DNA of 64,000 nucleotides from Callorhinchus milii (taxonomy: Eukaryota), in assembly GCF_018977255.1 (NCBI RefSeq), contig NW_024704743.1:31436001-31500000 (forward strand), given 5' to 3'. Positions 1-13,773 of the stretch are shown here, piece by piece. Under the pieces are notes generated by a model, which saw only the letters and a list, made by a program, of their open reading frames with translations, had not been told where the DNA came from and made no database searches. Positions within the stretch are counted from its first letter, which is position 1. Every line of letters starts with the position of its first letter. Both the position numbers and the translations under genes were made by a program.

Positions 1-48
1 GACGGCACACAACTGACATTGGTTTACAAAAATATTCACTTGACAGTA

Positions 49-266
49 ATTAATAATAATAATAATAATCCTTGCATTTGATATAGCGCTTTTCACGTCG
101 GGAGGACGTCCCAAAGCGCTTCACAGAACATACTGCAAAGTGAATTGACTGTATATTTGTGGGCGAACGCGGCAGCCAATTGCGCACAGCAATGTCCCAC
201 AAACAGTCGTAGATTGAAAATGACCAATTAATTATTGTTTTGGGTTTTTGAAGGGATTATTATTAG
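49..266 (-). mobile_element. 5'-truncated young SINE (Deu-like domain + L2-type tail + (ATT)n)
   Basis: Near-identical to the 3' two-thirds of the copies at 17784, 21606 and 25795. Confidence 0.9.
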
Positions 267-537
267 GTCAGTACTTTGAGATATAAGGTGAAATGAAGAA
301 CAAGTTCTTCCTTCGTAGAATTACATGGAATAATACAACATGGTAACAGGCCCTTCAGCTAAACTAGTGATTGATGGTATTTATACTCCACATGGGCCTT
401 CAACACTCGTCTGTTCACCTCTCCTGAAACCTTTTTATTTCCTTCTCCTTCACAATTGCATCAAAATTTGCATGAAATATATTGATGCTTTTTGCTTCAA
501 CTGCAGCTTCTGGCAGCGAGTTCCACATTCTCCTGTA

Positions 538-855
538 GTGGAGTCCTGTAGCTCAGCGGTTTGAGCACTCGCCTCGCAAGCAAGAGACCTGGAATCAATT
601 CTCAGCAGGGTGAAACCTTGGGCAAGTTTCCCTACTCCACACTCCTGATAATAATCCCTCAAGAAAAAAACAATAATAAATTGGTCACTTCAATCCACAA
701 CTGTTTGTGGGACACTGCTGTGCGCAATTGGTTGTCGCGTTTCACCCACAAATATATACAGTCAATTCACTTTGCAGAGTATTCTGTGAAGCGCATTGAG
801 ACGTCTAGAAGACGTGAAAAGCGCTATATCAAATGCAAGGATTGTTATTATTATT
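538..855 (+). mobile_element. tRNA-headed SINE, full length
   Basis: GTGGAGTCCTGTAGCTCAG head, CCTTGGGCAAGTT body, CTGTTTGTGGGACACTGCTGTGCGCAATTGG Deu-like segment, (ATT)n tail. Confidence 0.9.
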
Positions 856-896
856 GTATATTATACTCTCATCCGAGTACTTCAGGTCACACTTAC

Positions 897-1008
897 TTTT
901 TGGACTAGTTGAGCTTCTCATTGCACCCCTTCCTCTTCCTTTTGGAGTACATACACCAGCAGCAAGGTACTGATGGTCACTTTCTTCCAGCTCCAGTCTC
1001 CTCTTAGC
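897..1008 (-). CDS. E2F3: E2F3 exon 2 (112 nt): [37 protein letters not shown]
   Basis: Minus strand reads ttgcacag|GCT AAG AGG AGA CTG GAG CTG...CCA AAA A|gtaagt. The translation matches recalled vertebrate E2F3 AKRRLELGESGHQYL...TPKGKGR...SPK (cyclin A-binding KRRL/NLS region). Head-to-head synteny with MBOAT1 agrees. Not in the ORF track. Confidence 0.95.
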
Positions 1009-1199
1009 CTGTGCAATTTACAAAAAAGTCACAGTTCTAGTCAAGTCTGGAGATTTCTGATGAAACTTTAGAGCAAAAACAAACATTCACTGATAATAAA
1101 GTTTTAAAAGACACAATATCTCTGGAAAAGCATTGCACTGACCAGTTACTCAGTCACAGAGGGAAATTTTATCAACATTTTACGTTTAGTAGGCACAAA

Positions 1200-2140
1200 G
1201 GCAAGGTCGAAGAGGAAGGTTTTTGATGGGACTTGAAGGAGGCAAGCGAGGTGTTGAGGCGGAGGGATTGCGGGATAGATTTCCAGAGTGTGGGGACAGA
1301 GATACTGAATGCCCGACCGCCAATCTTGGGGCAGGAAGTGCAGGGGACCTGAAGCAGACCGATGTCCGCTGAGCAGAGGGAGTGGACAGGCTGATATGGG
1401 GTTAGAAGATCACAGAAGTAGTAGGGAGGATCAAGACTATGGAGGGCTTTGAAGGTGAGAACGAGGGTTTTGAACTCGATTCTCTGCAAGGATAGGTAAT
1501 CGGTTTGCGGAGCCTGGTGCAGGAGAGGACACGAGCTGCAGAATTCTGAATAATCTGCAGCTTGTGGAGGGAAGAGTTGGGAAGTCCAGCAAGCAGGCAG
1601 CTGGCGTAGTCAAGCAGGGATGTGATAAAAACGTGGATCAGGGTCTTGGCAGCCTGCGGTGAGAGGCAGTGGCGGAGAATGTCACGATGTGCGGAAAGGC
1701 CGAATGGGTGACAGCACAAATGTGGAGTTTAAATAATAGCAGGGGGTTGAACAGGACACCCAGGTTCGTATTGACTCAGTGAGGTGAAGAGTACAACCAT
1801 GAATAGTGATACTGTCAGAGCCTGAGATGAGGAGGTGATGGAAGCCAAGAGGTAGGGCCTCTCTCTTGCCAACATTCAGCTGGAGGAAGTTAGCTCTCGT
1901 CCAGGACTTGAAGTCTTACCAACAATTAGCCAGGACAGCGGCAAGCCTAGAATTGAGGATGGAGGCGGCAAGATAGAATTGGGTGTGATCCACCTACATG
2001 TGGAAATTGACCACATGCCTGCAGGTGACATCACTGAACGGGAGCATGTATAGATTGAAAAAGAGGGGACCGAGGTCAGAGCACTGAGGGACACCGCACA
2101 TGACAGCGCGGGGGCTAGAGGAGAAGCCGTTAGTGGACAT
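1200..2140 (-). mobile_element. Decayed L2 LINE, 3' part of ORF2
   Basis: Frameshifted fragments such as LDYASCLLAGLPNSSLHKLQIIQNSAARVL and IGGRAFS..PTLW.S.P. Confidence 0.85.
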
Positions 2141-4049
2141 GAAACCTAGTTTGGGATATGTCATGTGCATGCAACTCCCAGGAAGGTGGACTTCATGGAC
2201 CTCGGTCTTCTTTTGTCTAGATATTCTTATGTAATCCTCTCTTTAGTCCTTGCCAAATAAAATATTTGGTTAAATCGCAACAAGAAAGGCTGTGACTGAG
2301 GGGCTCGATGACTTGTCAACCACATTTACTTGTTGAGAGTCTAAGCAATATATAGAACTGGTTGGATAAATAGCTTGGGGGGAAAAACAATGAATCTGAA
2401 TGTCCTACAATTTCTTTAGTACGATGTGCTGAGCCATCAGGATTATCAAACAACATTGAACAGCCTCAGCATTATCCCACAACAAAACTCAACTGGGTGG
2501 TGACCATGGTCATTTTTAAACAAACCTGAATGTCACCTTTCAAAGAATCGTCAATCCTTCATACTACAGCATTTACATGCATACACTTTGAAGGAACTCT
2601 GTGAACAGTTGAATTGTGTGTGGAAATGATAATGTTTTGCATTTTCTGCATCCCAGCACAAAAATCATACACTATGGAAGATAGGAAAATAGGACAAAGC
2701 CATTCAGCCCATTGAGCCTGTCCCAGTTTATTAGATTTTGTTCGATTATTTTAATCTCAATGCCCCGCTTTTTACCATACCCTTCAATGCTCCTTCTACC
2801 CAAGTATCTGTCCATCTCTCTTTAAAAATCCCTGTTGATTCTCTATTCATTCTGCAGCTTTCTGGGCCAGAACATTCCACATCTTCATAACACTGTGTAT
2901 GAAGTTTCCAAACCTTAGTTCCAGCTAATGTAAATTGAATATCCCAGTGTGGGCCTAAAAAAAATATAGAAACTTAAATATTTATATTTTGAATTTGATG
3001 TACAGGTTTAAATGAAGAATCTTACATTTTGAATGATTCTTGAACAGGGTAAATATTTCAACGAGTAACAATTGGCTGCCACGTTTTGCCCACAAAATAC
3101 AAAATAAAGTAAATGCATTTACAGTTTATTCTGTGAAGTGCTTTGAGATATCTCGAAGACGTGATAAAGCGCTCTATCAAATGCAAAGATTATTAATATA
3201 TTATATATCTTCAAATTAAAATGGTAACAGATTCCATTTTACAAATTTAGGTACATAGGAGCCAATATTCTTAAATCGCCTCTGTCCAACAAAGATCTCA
3301 CAATCATTTATAAGTGCACTGGTTTGCCTCAATCTCCAGTCACTAAAATAATTCCATAGCTATTCACAACAAACAAGAGTTAAATACTAAATATGAACAC
3401 AAAGTTCAAGTCTTTGGTTGGACATGCAGAGATAAAAACATTTGTTGGTTTATAGATCCACTCATTTACTTAAAGTGATTTGTTCCTAAAGTGGTGCAGG
3501 TCAGATCCCTGGTTAATGTATCTCCAGAGTAACATCCTTTTTCTCCAGGATCATCTGAGCTAGTGTTGATCCTTAATAATGGCACCTCTATTCCTTTCCC
3601 CTAATATAATCCTGATTGGCAGTTCATCTCATGTAGTACAACTGTTAAGTGACACTGTGCATAAGCAAGGCCAGGATTTGAATGCATCCTTAATGCAGTG
3701 TTGGGAGGATAAAAACTTGTTACACCACTAATAATTGGGGAGGAGGTGACAGGTTCAATGTGAATCATACACTCTTATTTGAGACATGGAGAGAACCACT
3801 TTGGTTTGAATTCTGTGAAAACCCACCAACAGCATTAGCTCACACTAGATTACCCTGCTTACATCAGAATCCTCCTTATTATTTGAGTTTTTAATCTGCA
3901 GATTAAAGAAAGGAATGGGCAGGGCTTGTGGGGGCAGATAATCTTATTTTATAGATCCAGTTGAGCACAATTCATGGTTCTCCAACTTAAATATTCTTCA
4001 AAGCATTCCAGTTTCTGGATTTCTACAATTAACTATCATTTGTGATAGG

Positions 4050-4340
4050 GGCACATCGTTTTGCAAGCGAGACACCTGGGTTCAATTCCAGGCAGGGTGA
4101 AACCTTGGGCAAGTTTTCTTACTCCACACACCTAATAATAATCCCTCCAAAACCAAAAACAATAATAAATTGGTCATTTTCAATCTACGACTGTTTGTGG
4201 GACATTGCTGTGCGCAATTGGCTGCCGCGTTCGCCCACAGATATACAGTCAATTCACTTTACAGTGTGTTCTGTGAAGCACTTTGGGACGTCCTCCCGAC
4301 GTGAAAAGCGCTATATCAAATGCAAGCATTATTATTATTA
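4050..4340 (+). mobile_element. Young tRNA-headed SINE, head partly lost
   Basis: Same body and tail as the 17784 copy. Confidence 0.9.
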
Positions 4341-4349
4341 ACATCGATT

Positions 4350-4640
4350 AGTCAAGCTAGGGCTCTTCAGTAAACTCAGATGTATCAAGGCAGTGGAAGA
4401 ATACATAGGTTTAGTTGTAGAGGGCAATTTCAGGACAGATATCAGGACGTTTTTCTTTAAGTAGACAATAATGAACTTAGAACAGGACGTAGGAAATGTG
4501 GGAGAGGCCACGACACTAGGCTCATTTAAAAAGAAGCTTGATGCAGTAATGGGGCACATCGTAGGGTGGGTACTTTGGAGGGAAGAGTTTCTAGGGTACA
4601 AAGGGCCTTCGTCATCCAGATCAATCTCGTGAACTGAAAG
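4350..4640 (+). mobile_element. CR1-type LINE 3' fragment
   Basis: Resembles CR1 ORF2 C-terminus and 3' UTR (FRTDIR..FF...FKKKLD). Confidence 0.6.
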
Positions 4641-4992
4641 CACCAGAATATGTTGAAAGCTTAAGCACAGAAAATCCAGCTACCTATCCATCACTATATC
4701 AAACTGCTCTTCCCAGGGAGCCCATATCAACATTCCTCCAGATGAATTGCTCATGCACCTCATTACTGGATTTAGGATTTTGCTGTAAACAAACTTGTCT
4801 ACAAGTGCACAATCACGGCTCAACACCAATTGCTGGTAAAGCACTTCAAAGCATTTTGACCCAAGTCATAGGTGTTATATACAAGTAAATAAAAGGAAGA
4901 GATGCAAGAATTAAATTTTAAGGGGTCTAATTTATGGATTGCTTTTACCATGTGAAACCTCAAGTTAATTACAGGTATCTTAATTGCATAAC

Positions 4993-5360
4993 TAATAATA
5001 ATCCTTGCATTTGATATAGGGTCTCATCATGTCAGAGGGATATCTCAAAGCTCTTTATATGATTTACTGTGAAATGGATTGATAGTGCATTTGTAGGCAA
5101 ACGCAACAGCACAATTGCGAGCAGCAATGTCCCACAAACAATCATGAAACAAATGACCAATTTTATTTGGGCGACTTTTGGCCAAGACACCAGGAAAACT
5201 CCCTTCTCTTTTCGAACAGTGCCATGAGATCTTTAACATCCACCTGAACGGGCAGATGAGATCTAGGTCTAATGTCTAATCCGAGATACAGCACCTCAGA
5301 CAATGCAACAGTCCCCTAGCAATGCATTGGAGTGTCAGCTTAAACTTTGTGAGTTCAACC
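4993..5360 (-). mobile_element. SacSINE1-like DeuSINE
   Basis: Minus strand CAGGTGGATGTTAAAGATCTCATGGCACTG...GTGTCTTGGCCA followed by the Deu segment. Confidence 0.8.
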
Positions 5361-5779
5361 CCTGATGTACTAACCACCTATTTGAAGGATTCCACGGTGG
5401 TAACTTTTGACAATGTTTGTTTATATTGGGAAATCCCATTAACACATTTTTACATACTAATATGCATTTACAATTCAAAGCTATTTGAATTCATTATTAA
5501 TTAGTATTATCCCACAACAGTCAAAATGCACCAAACTTCAAGCAAAACTTTAACCTGAGCGGAGGGAGTCAACCAGGCAATGTGGTCACTGAGGTGGGGA
5601 GGCCATGGTGGCATTTGAAAGCGAGAACATTCAATCTACTGGGGCATGGGAGCCAAGCAACAATGGGCATGATAATAAAAATAATCCTTGAATTTGATAT
5701 AGAGCCTTATCACATCTTCGAGACGTCTCAAAGCACTTCTCAGATTATACTGTAAAGTGAATTGACTACGTTTTGATGG

Positions 5780-7180
5780 GCTCACAGAGCCTGGTGCAGG
5801 AGAGGACATGACTTGCCGCTTGTGTAGGGAAGAGCTGTGGGAGTTCAGCAAGGAAGGTGTTGGTATCATCAAGCCGAGAAATAATTAAGCCATGAATGAG
5901 GGTTGCAGGAGCTTGCCAGAGAATGAGGGGGGAGGAAGAGGAGAGACAACCCGGATGCAGAGCTGTGACTATCTGTGCAGATCAATGAAGTCAACATCCA
6001 AGGTGCAGGAGTCAAGCAAGAGATAAGAGCATCATTATTGTCGACATTGAGCTGTAGAAAATAAGAACTCTGCAGCTCGTGTACTCTCACACACCAGGCT
6101 CCGTGACCCCATCACTCCCACCCTCGCCCAACTCCACTGGCTCCCCATCACCTTTAATGCCATTAATGGCCTTGCCCCCTCCTACCTCTCTAACCTGTTG
6201 ACTCCCTACCAACCTGACCGCTCCCCTCTGTTCATCGGGCTCTGGTCTGCTCCATGTCTCCCGCCCGACCCACCCTACCATCGGTGGCCGGGCTTTCAGC
6301 CTCTCTGCCCCCACACTCTGGAACTCCATCCCAGGGTCCCTTCGCCTCGCTTCCTCCCTTGCCTCCTTCAAGGCCGGTCTCAAGACCCTTCTCTTCGACC
6401 GTGCCTTCAGTCTCACTCCCACCTCTCTGCCTTCCCTCACCCCTACACCACCCCTCCCCCATGATTGGGCCCCAACACCTGACTGTTCAGCGCTTTGGGA
6501 CATCCTCCCGATGTGAAAGGCGCTCTATAAATGTAATTTTGTTGCTGCTGTTGTTGAACTCAAAGACTTGACGTCTCTCAGGCAATCAGTCAGAACAGCA
6601 TTAGTCCTGCAATTAAGGAGTCAATCGCATTAACTCTCCATTTGCCAGACTCCCCAGTTCTTAGCTCCACAAGCTGCAGACCATTCAGAACTCCGCAACT
6701 CGTGTCCTCTCCCCCAATTTGTTCCCATCCTCACCCGGCTGTACTGGCTCCCAATCCCTCAAAGGATTGGGTTCAAGATCCTTGTCTTCACTTTTAAATC
6801 CCTCCACCGTCTTGCCCCTCAAAACCTATGAACCTCCTCAAGCCCACTCCCTCTGCTCTGCAGGTACGAGCCTGATTCATATCCCCAGCCCGGCTCACCT
6901 CACCATCGGCGATCAGGCTTTCAGCCTATCTGTCTACACTCTCTGGAACTCCATCCTGGAGTCAAATTTGCCTTGCCCCTTCACTCACCTCCTTCAAGAT
7001 CCATCTCAAGATCTCCCTCTTTGACTGTGTGTTTAGTCATATTTCCCCCAAAGGAGGTGCAGTTACCACCCCTTCTGATTCCAACCTCCAGCTCAGGTGC
7101 AAGCCCGCGACTGTCCAGTGCCCTGGGACTTCCTCTTGACGTGAAAGGCACTATATAAATGCAATTTTTGTTATTGTTAT
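5780..7180. mobile_element. Cluster of L2 fragments (minus ~5780-6060; plus 3' ends ~6070-6557 and ~6680-7180)
   Basis: LWNSIP-type C-terminal coding remnants and (TTG)n tails. Confidence 0.8.
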
Positions 7181-7697
7181 CATTCAATTGTACCTCCATA
7201 CAGAAGGTACTGCAACCAAGTGAATTTCCATTTGTATAGCGCCTTTCAGGAGGACATCTCAAAGCATTCCACAGTGCTTGATGGGTTCCCAAGCTGGGGA
7301 TGGGACCTGCAAGGGATGGGGAGGGGAAAAATACTTGTGGGGGAAGTGGGGAGGATAAGAGAGAAATAATAGTGGTGATATTAATACCAGCTTTATAATG
7401 CAATTTAACACAAAAGGCAAGTATCGGATAATAGAATCCTCATGTTAAACAGACGGGTTGACAACGCTCCAATACGCTCAGTTGTACAAATAGGTGATTC
7501 GAGCCTATTCCTGGCATATTTCAAACTCACCATGTTACATTATTATAGTCTATAATTAGTCTAGAATTTTAAAAACACCCCCATCACGTCAAATGGTTTG
7601 TTTCATTTGCAGTGCCATCTTAGAACATTTATAATTTAATGTAAAGAAAGCACCACACAAAATAGTGGTTGGGATCCAAAACATCCCAGTCTGGGTT

Positions 7698-8606
7698 AAT
7701 AATAATAATCCTTGTATTTGATATAGCGCCTTATCACGTCTTCGAGATGTCTCAAAGCGCTTCACAGAATATGCTGTGAAGTGAGTAAGTAGACTGTAAA
7801 CTTTGTGGGCGAAACACAGCAGCCAATTGCGCACAGCAGTGTCCCACAAACAGTCGTGGATTGAGTGACCAATTTTTTTTTAAAAAAAGGAACTATAGTC
7901 GGAAAAGCAATCTACCAATCAACTAATAACCGGATTCCTATTTACAGCTAGGTAAACAGAGGCGTGAGGAGTAGGGAAACTTGCCCAACGTTTCGCCCAG
8001 CCGAGAATCAGACCAGGTCTCTCGCTTGCAAGGCGAGTGCTCTAACCACTGAGCTACCAGTGCTCTAATGCCCTCCTCGTCGGTCTCCCATCCACTACCA
8101 TCCATAAAATCCAAATCATTCAAATCTCTGCCACCCGCATCAAGCTCCACTCCCCGATCACCCCAGTCCTTGCCAGACTGCACTGGCTGCTTGCCCCAGA
8201 CAGGATCGACTCCAGGATCCTCACGCTTGCATTCAAGTCCCTGCACTCCTCTGCACCCCCCTACCTTTCTGACCTCCTCTTTCTTCAAAACAGTGCCCGT
8301 TGCCTTCGTTCCTCCGGATCTGACCTCCTCCTCGTGCCCCGAATCCTCCGCTCCACTCTTGGCGGCCATGCCTTCAGCCACTATGCCCCAGGGCTCTGGA
8401 ACTCCCTTCCTCACTCCCTTCGCCTCGCCCCTTCCCTTCCTATTTTCAAGTCTCTGCTGAAGACCTTTCTTTTCGACCGCGCCTTTGGTCACCTTCCTCC
8501 CCTTCCCCCTGGCTCAGCCCCAGGATCCATTACTGTGAAGCGCTCTGAGATGCCGTCCGGCGTGGAGGGCGCTGTATAAATCCAAGTTGTTTTTACAGGA
8601 CTCCAC
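7698..8606 (-). mobile_element. SINE (long subfamily) whose 5' head is split by a plus-strand L2 3' fragment (8058-8594)
   Basis: Head reads ...GAGCTAC at 8057 and resumes TACAGGACTCCAC at 8594-8606. Confidence 0.85.
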
Positions 8607-9399
8607 AGGGTTATAACAGATCCACAATGAACAACCTGACAGTTCACTTCACACACATTAAAAACATGGGTTACATTGGGGCCATGAGGTTACCGCCAAC
8701 ACACTGTGTGCAGCACACTAGCAGCGCACCCAAAGTGATGGTGGCAACATAATGACCCTGAAGCCCTGAAGTTATTTTTACAGCTTGTGCAAAGTGGGCC
8801 AGCTGGCTGTCCACATGTGTAGCGAACGGGTCCACCTATGGTTCATGCTGCAAGTGAACCCTTGTTAATATGGTTCCACTGCACTTTCTGAGAAGCAAAA
8901 TAGAGCTCGTCTATCCCAAGTAAAGCATTCAATTATGAATCTCATAGAATTTCAGTCTGGTCATAATGGAGTTCCATACTTTTCTTAACAATTTCTTGTC
9001 AAACAAGCCTTAGCGTAGTTGACATTGTCAGAATAACTGAGAACTGAAGAATGTGAGGATGTGGGGAAGTGGAGAAGTCATAAACTGGCTTATCCTACTT
9101 TTACCTGGAGTTCTGTTTTTGAAATTTAGGGTGAAAGGTTTTGTATTTTGCCTTCAGACCTCTGGAAACCAGTAAAGTATTATTGTGCAAGGATTGCAGT
9201 ACTGTCAAGACATGTTTTTGCATGTGCACATTGCCATAGGATTTTTGTATCTTATCGCAGTTAAGGTCAGACCTTAACCACAGCATTCATCTTCTTTCAG
9301 CCCTGCCTCCCTCCTTCTGTAACCATTCACACATCGTCTAGGTCTTAGACGCATCTCTTCTTTCTATAATCTCCCACTATTGCCTTCTTTCGTCTTACA

Positions 9400-9555
9400 C
9401 CATCAACACCTCTGATCTCTTCATCTTCTGTCCCCCACCTAAATGTTTCCTTTGTCTTTCTTTCAAAATTATCAACCTGAAACATTAACTCATTTTCCTT
9501 TCTCCATAGATGCTGCCTGACTTGCTGCGTGTTCCCAGCAACTTCTGTTTTTATA
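9400..9555 (+). repeat. Interspersed repeat end (GATGCTGCCTGACTTGCTG); related minus copy near 42190-42290
   Basis: Motif I recall as abundant in chondrichthyan genomes, possibly Penelope-like; class not verified. Confidence 0.45.
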
Positions 9556-9559
9556 CAAT

Positions 9560-10630
9560 ACAAGATTACATTTGTATAGCGCCTTTCACGTTGAGAAGAC
9601 GTCCAAAGGCGCTGGGCAGTGAGGGATCTGGACCCGAGCTGGGGGTCGGGATCGTAGGGGTGAAGGGCAGTGGGTGAATTTTCAACTCTATCCTCTGAGC
9701 GATGGGGAGCCAGTGGAGCCGGGTGAGAGTGAGGGTAATGAGGTTACGGAGCCTGGTGCTGGACAGGACACGAGCTGCAGAGTTCTGAATGATCTGCAGC
9801 TTGTGGAAGGAAGCGTTGGGAAGGCTGACAAGCAGGAAATTGGCATAGTCAAGCCTGGATGTGATGAATGCTCGGATGCGATTTCAGCAGCCTGAGGGGT
9901 GAGGCAGTGGCAGAGCCGGGTGATGTTGCGGAGGTGGGGAAAGACAGAGCGGGTCATGGCACAGATGTGGGGTAGAAAGGATAGTTGAGGGTTAAACAAG
10001 TCGGCAAGGTTCCGGACTGGCTTAGCAAGGTGGAGCGTGCCACCATGGATGGTGATGCTGTCAGCGCCTGAGGTGAGGAGGTACTGACGGAAGCCAAACA
10101 GGAGAGCCTCGGTCTTGTTGATGTTCAGGTGAAGAAAGTTAGCTTTCATCCAGGACTTGATGTATGACAGGCAGTCTGTCAGGACAGCAGTGGTCCTGGA
10201 GTTGATGGTGGAGGCAGAGATACAAGAGCTGGGCATCATCCCCATACATGTGGAAGTTGACCTCATGTCTGTGGATGACATCACTGAGAGGGAGCATAAA
10301 GATATTGAAGAGGAGGGACCAAGGACAGAGCTCTGAGGAACGCCACACAAAACAGTGTGGGGGCTTGAGGAGAAACCGTTTGCGGAGATGTAGTGGAGAT
10401 GGTGTGAGAAGTAGCGACTGGCTCGGCCCTGGAATCCGTTACTGTGAAGCGATCTGAGACGCCGCCCAGTGGGAAGGGCACTATATAAATCCAAGTTGTT
10501 GTTGTTGAGGTAGGATCTAAACTATTCAAGGACAGAACCGTAAAGGTTGAGGTGAGAGGAGAGGCGGTAGAGGAGGATAGAGTGGTCAATGGTATCGAAG
10601 GCAGTAGAGAGGTCAAGGAGCACGAGGATC
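9560..10630 (-). mobile_element. L2 LINE RT/3' remnant with an inverted L2 tail inserted at ~10415-10505
   Basis: GVPQSSVLGP, HMYGDD (YADD equivalent) and NFLHLNINKTE motifs. Confidence 0.9.
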
Positions 10631-13232
10631 AATTCCCGATTGTGTAAAAAAAAATGCTTCTTTAGAGCTCATCATATTGAAAGCAATAATTCTTGCCAGT
10701 GTAGTGTCTACATTTTGTAGACAAATAGGGGAGCCATTTGTACCAACAAAGACACCAAAACAGCCATTAGGTGATTGACCAATTAACCCGGGGGGATTGC
10801 AATGATTTTAACCACTACCCAAAGACGCACACAAGACCTTGATTTCATATCTCATTCAAAAGACAGCACCTCAAACAATGCAGATCTCCTACTGGACACA
10901 GATGCAAAGCAAAATGGAGTTTTGAAAAATTTCAAGAGTCTTTGCATTGCTACTGTGCGATACAGCATTAGTCTGCCTTTGTGAAGCTATATTTACTAAA
11001 TAATGAATTCATAAGATTGTTAAAGTTGCCATTAGTTGTTAACTAACAACAAACTATGCAGCGAAAAACATGCATGCATGTATGCACCACACAATTACAG
11101 AATTTCACGGGGAGGGCATTTTATTATTTTCCCATGGAGGTTTTGATATTAAATGAAAAACAAAACGTTTGAAATATTATTTTCTGCACATTTGCCTACC
11201 ATATTAAAATGAGAGTAGGGCTCCATAGGTTTAGCTGACAGCAGCAACAGATGGTCAGCAATCATCTACACGTATTCAACTAAGTCAACTGTCATCTTCT
11301 TGGATAATCATCAGAGATTGGTGGTCATTAAAAGCTCTCGTTCCCTTAAGACTACGTGGGCAAATTACACTATCTGATATGGCACGAACCCAGTACATTA
11401 GAACATCCCTGGTCAACCTCTGGTCTCAACTGAGGTACCTAATCTCATCCTGAGGAATGCATAACACTGAAAATTGAACTCAAGTGTACCTGATATTGGA
11501 GCAGGAAGGTGGAAGAAACATTCAGGAGGGACTGGTCCTATGGTTATCTATGGATCCCTGCTGGTCTGGACATTTAGGCATACTTTTCTTATGTTCAAAA
11601 TACACTGCAAATAAATGTGATGACACTTCTCTGGCAGATGTAGAGAAGACAGTTTAAACACAATTTCCACACCTGTCCAAAGTTCTGCCTTCTCACTTCT
11701 TAGTCAGAAGGGCGTGGTTTCAGCCTAGTTTTGAATTTTCAAAATGTATTTACTCGGTTTAATATAGTGGGTAGAATATTATCTTAACATGTACATCATT
11801 CTCTCACTCCCAAGAGGCACACTATGCATATGAAACCTCCCACCATAAGCCAATAAATATTACAATAAGATTGGTGAAACACACTCAGTGGGAGTCTCAG
11901 AGAGTATAACATAGCGCTCATCATTCTTACAGGGAGATAAGGGCAACGTTCACCTTAATCATCCTTCCTCTCAAAACCTGGAGCATCAGATGAGTCTTCC
12001 AAGTAAAGGCCAAGCACACTAGAGTCCAGGACCAGACAGCAGTGGGATTGGAAAGGCTGTAAAAATCCAAAGACATAATTTGTTAATAAAGTGGGTCCTC
12101 ACTCCATTGCCAAACACCAGGCAGCAAAATTGAGCACACACAAATATACACATGTTGTTCAGCAGTAGAAAACTGAACTTGGGTCTAAATAGGCAGCCAT
12201 ATTTCTCCTTAGCTCAATATTTGCTCAGTCAATTCTGAGGAGACAGCACCGACACACACAACTCCACCAGCCCAACCAAAAGAGAGTTCATGAACAGAAA
12301 CAGTGCACCATGTTTCATGGCTGATATCCTGTACGGCCATTCGGGACAGGTTGAAGCATCCCAAGATACAGCAATTCTCAGGGTCCTTGCAAAGGCAGAT
12401 GTCTAGTTTAAAGCACCAACTCGTTTGAGGAGCTGTTCCAGTCACTTTGGAGGACCTTCAGCTCAGTCTTTCATCTCCGAACATTGGGGGTGACAGACTC
12501 TTGCACCGAGTAAGCAATCTCTATCCCACCCTCCATTAAGCGCTCTTTGGATCATCCTCCCTACACGAAAGACGCCATACGGATGTAAATTATATTTTAA
12601 AATTGCATTGTATTCCCCCTAAAAGAAATGGAGCTGGCTTACTCTACACAAAACTCAGTAATGCATTGAATCTGGAATAAAGTGTGACACGGTGCAGAGA
12701 GAACCTGGCAGAACTACGAAAGATGTTTGTTGAAGGGAGGGCTGCAATTTAAAGTTCTGAATAAGCACAGAAAGGGATTATGCCTTAACAGGTGCAGCAG
12801 GAGAGTGGCTGAAGTTGCTTCGCGAGAAGCAGAAGTACAGTTTCACAGTGGGTTTGCTGCAACAGTGCAGATTATCGAAACAATATGAAACTCTGGCCTA
12901 GAGGAAAATTATTAAACTCTAACCCCTCAACTCTACCCAGCAGCCAGCTCAACTACAAAGATTGGGTAAAAGGAACAAAAAAATAGTTTGGTGCAATAAG
13001 AGTAAAAAATATGAAGCTTATAGTTACTACAAAACACACATTTTTTTTTAAAAAAAAACTTTAAGGGTTCAGAGAGCAGGACCTGATCAACAAACACTGA
13101 AACCCATTAAAAGTGGTTGGTTTAAGCGACAGGAACATCAGTCTTTCTGTTTTAAAAAAAAGTGCATTCTTAAATCAGCTTAAATGAAGAAAAAATAAAG
13201 CTTTTTGTGGACCACATAGGCCTCGACTGTTT

Positions 13233-13264
<32 letters not shown>

Positions 13265-13391
13265 TTGCATTCCTCCATGGAAGGAAGGAAGGAAGGGAAG
13301 AAGGGTTGCAAAGTGCACGATTCCGTGCAATACCGACCTTCACTACAAAATTACCTTCACCCCCAACACACACACACACACACACTCCCCC

Positions 13392-13431
<40 letters not shown>

Positions 13432-13773
13432 CTCTCTCTCTCTCTGTCTATCTGTCTCTGCAGGAAAAAAAAAGTTGCTTTGCCACTTTCCATTTTGTTG
13501 ACAAGTTTCTATTCGGCTAAACAGAGCGAGAGCAAGTCCTGCACCTCCAGCAGTTCCGTATACGATTCCTTTTTTTTGGGGGGGTGGGGGGGGGAGAGGA
13601 GATGGTGACTGGGGGGGGGGGGGAGAGTGTGGGTGAGGGGGGGGGGAGAGTGTGGGGGGGGGAGAGTGTGGGGGGGGGGGAGAGTGTGGGGAGGGGGGGG
13701 GGGGGGGGGGAATGCAGACCCTTTTTACCTTCAATTAAAAAAAATGACACTGTAACAAAAGTGCAAACCCTAC

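Noticed and set aside
340..564. ORF containing YTPHGPS, reminiscent of E2F3a YTTPHGPS
   Set aside because: Wrong strand and position (inside intron 2). It overlaps an antisense CR1-like 3' end, with a similar sequence near 62650-62710.
4042..4341. Recurring small ORFs ending [10 protein letters not shown] as a gene family
   Set aside because: They are translations of SINE tails with variable starts and frameshifts.
9101..9286. Possible extra E2F3 exon ending at CAG|GTAAAA
   Set aside because: The frame compatible with phase-0 exon 2 contains a stop, and there is no recognisable homology.
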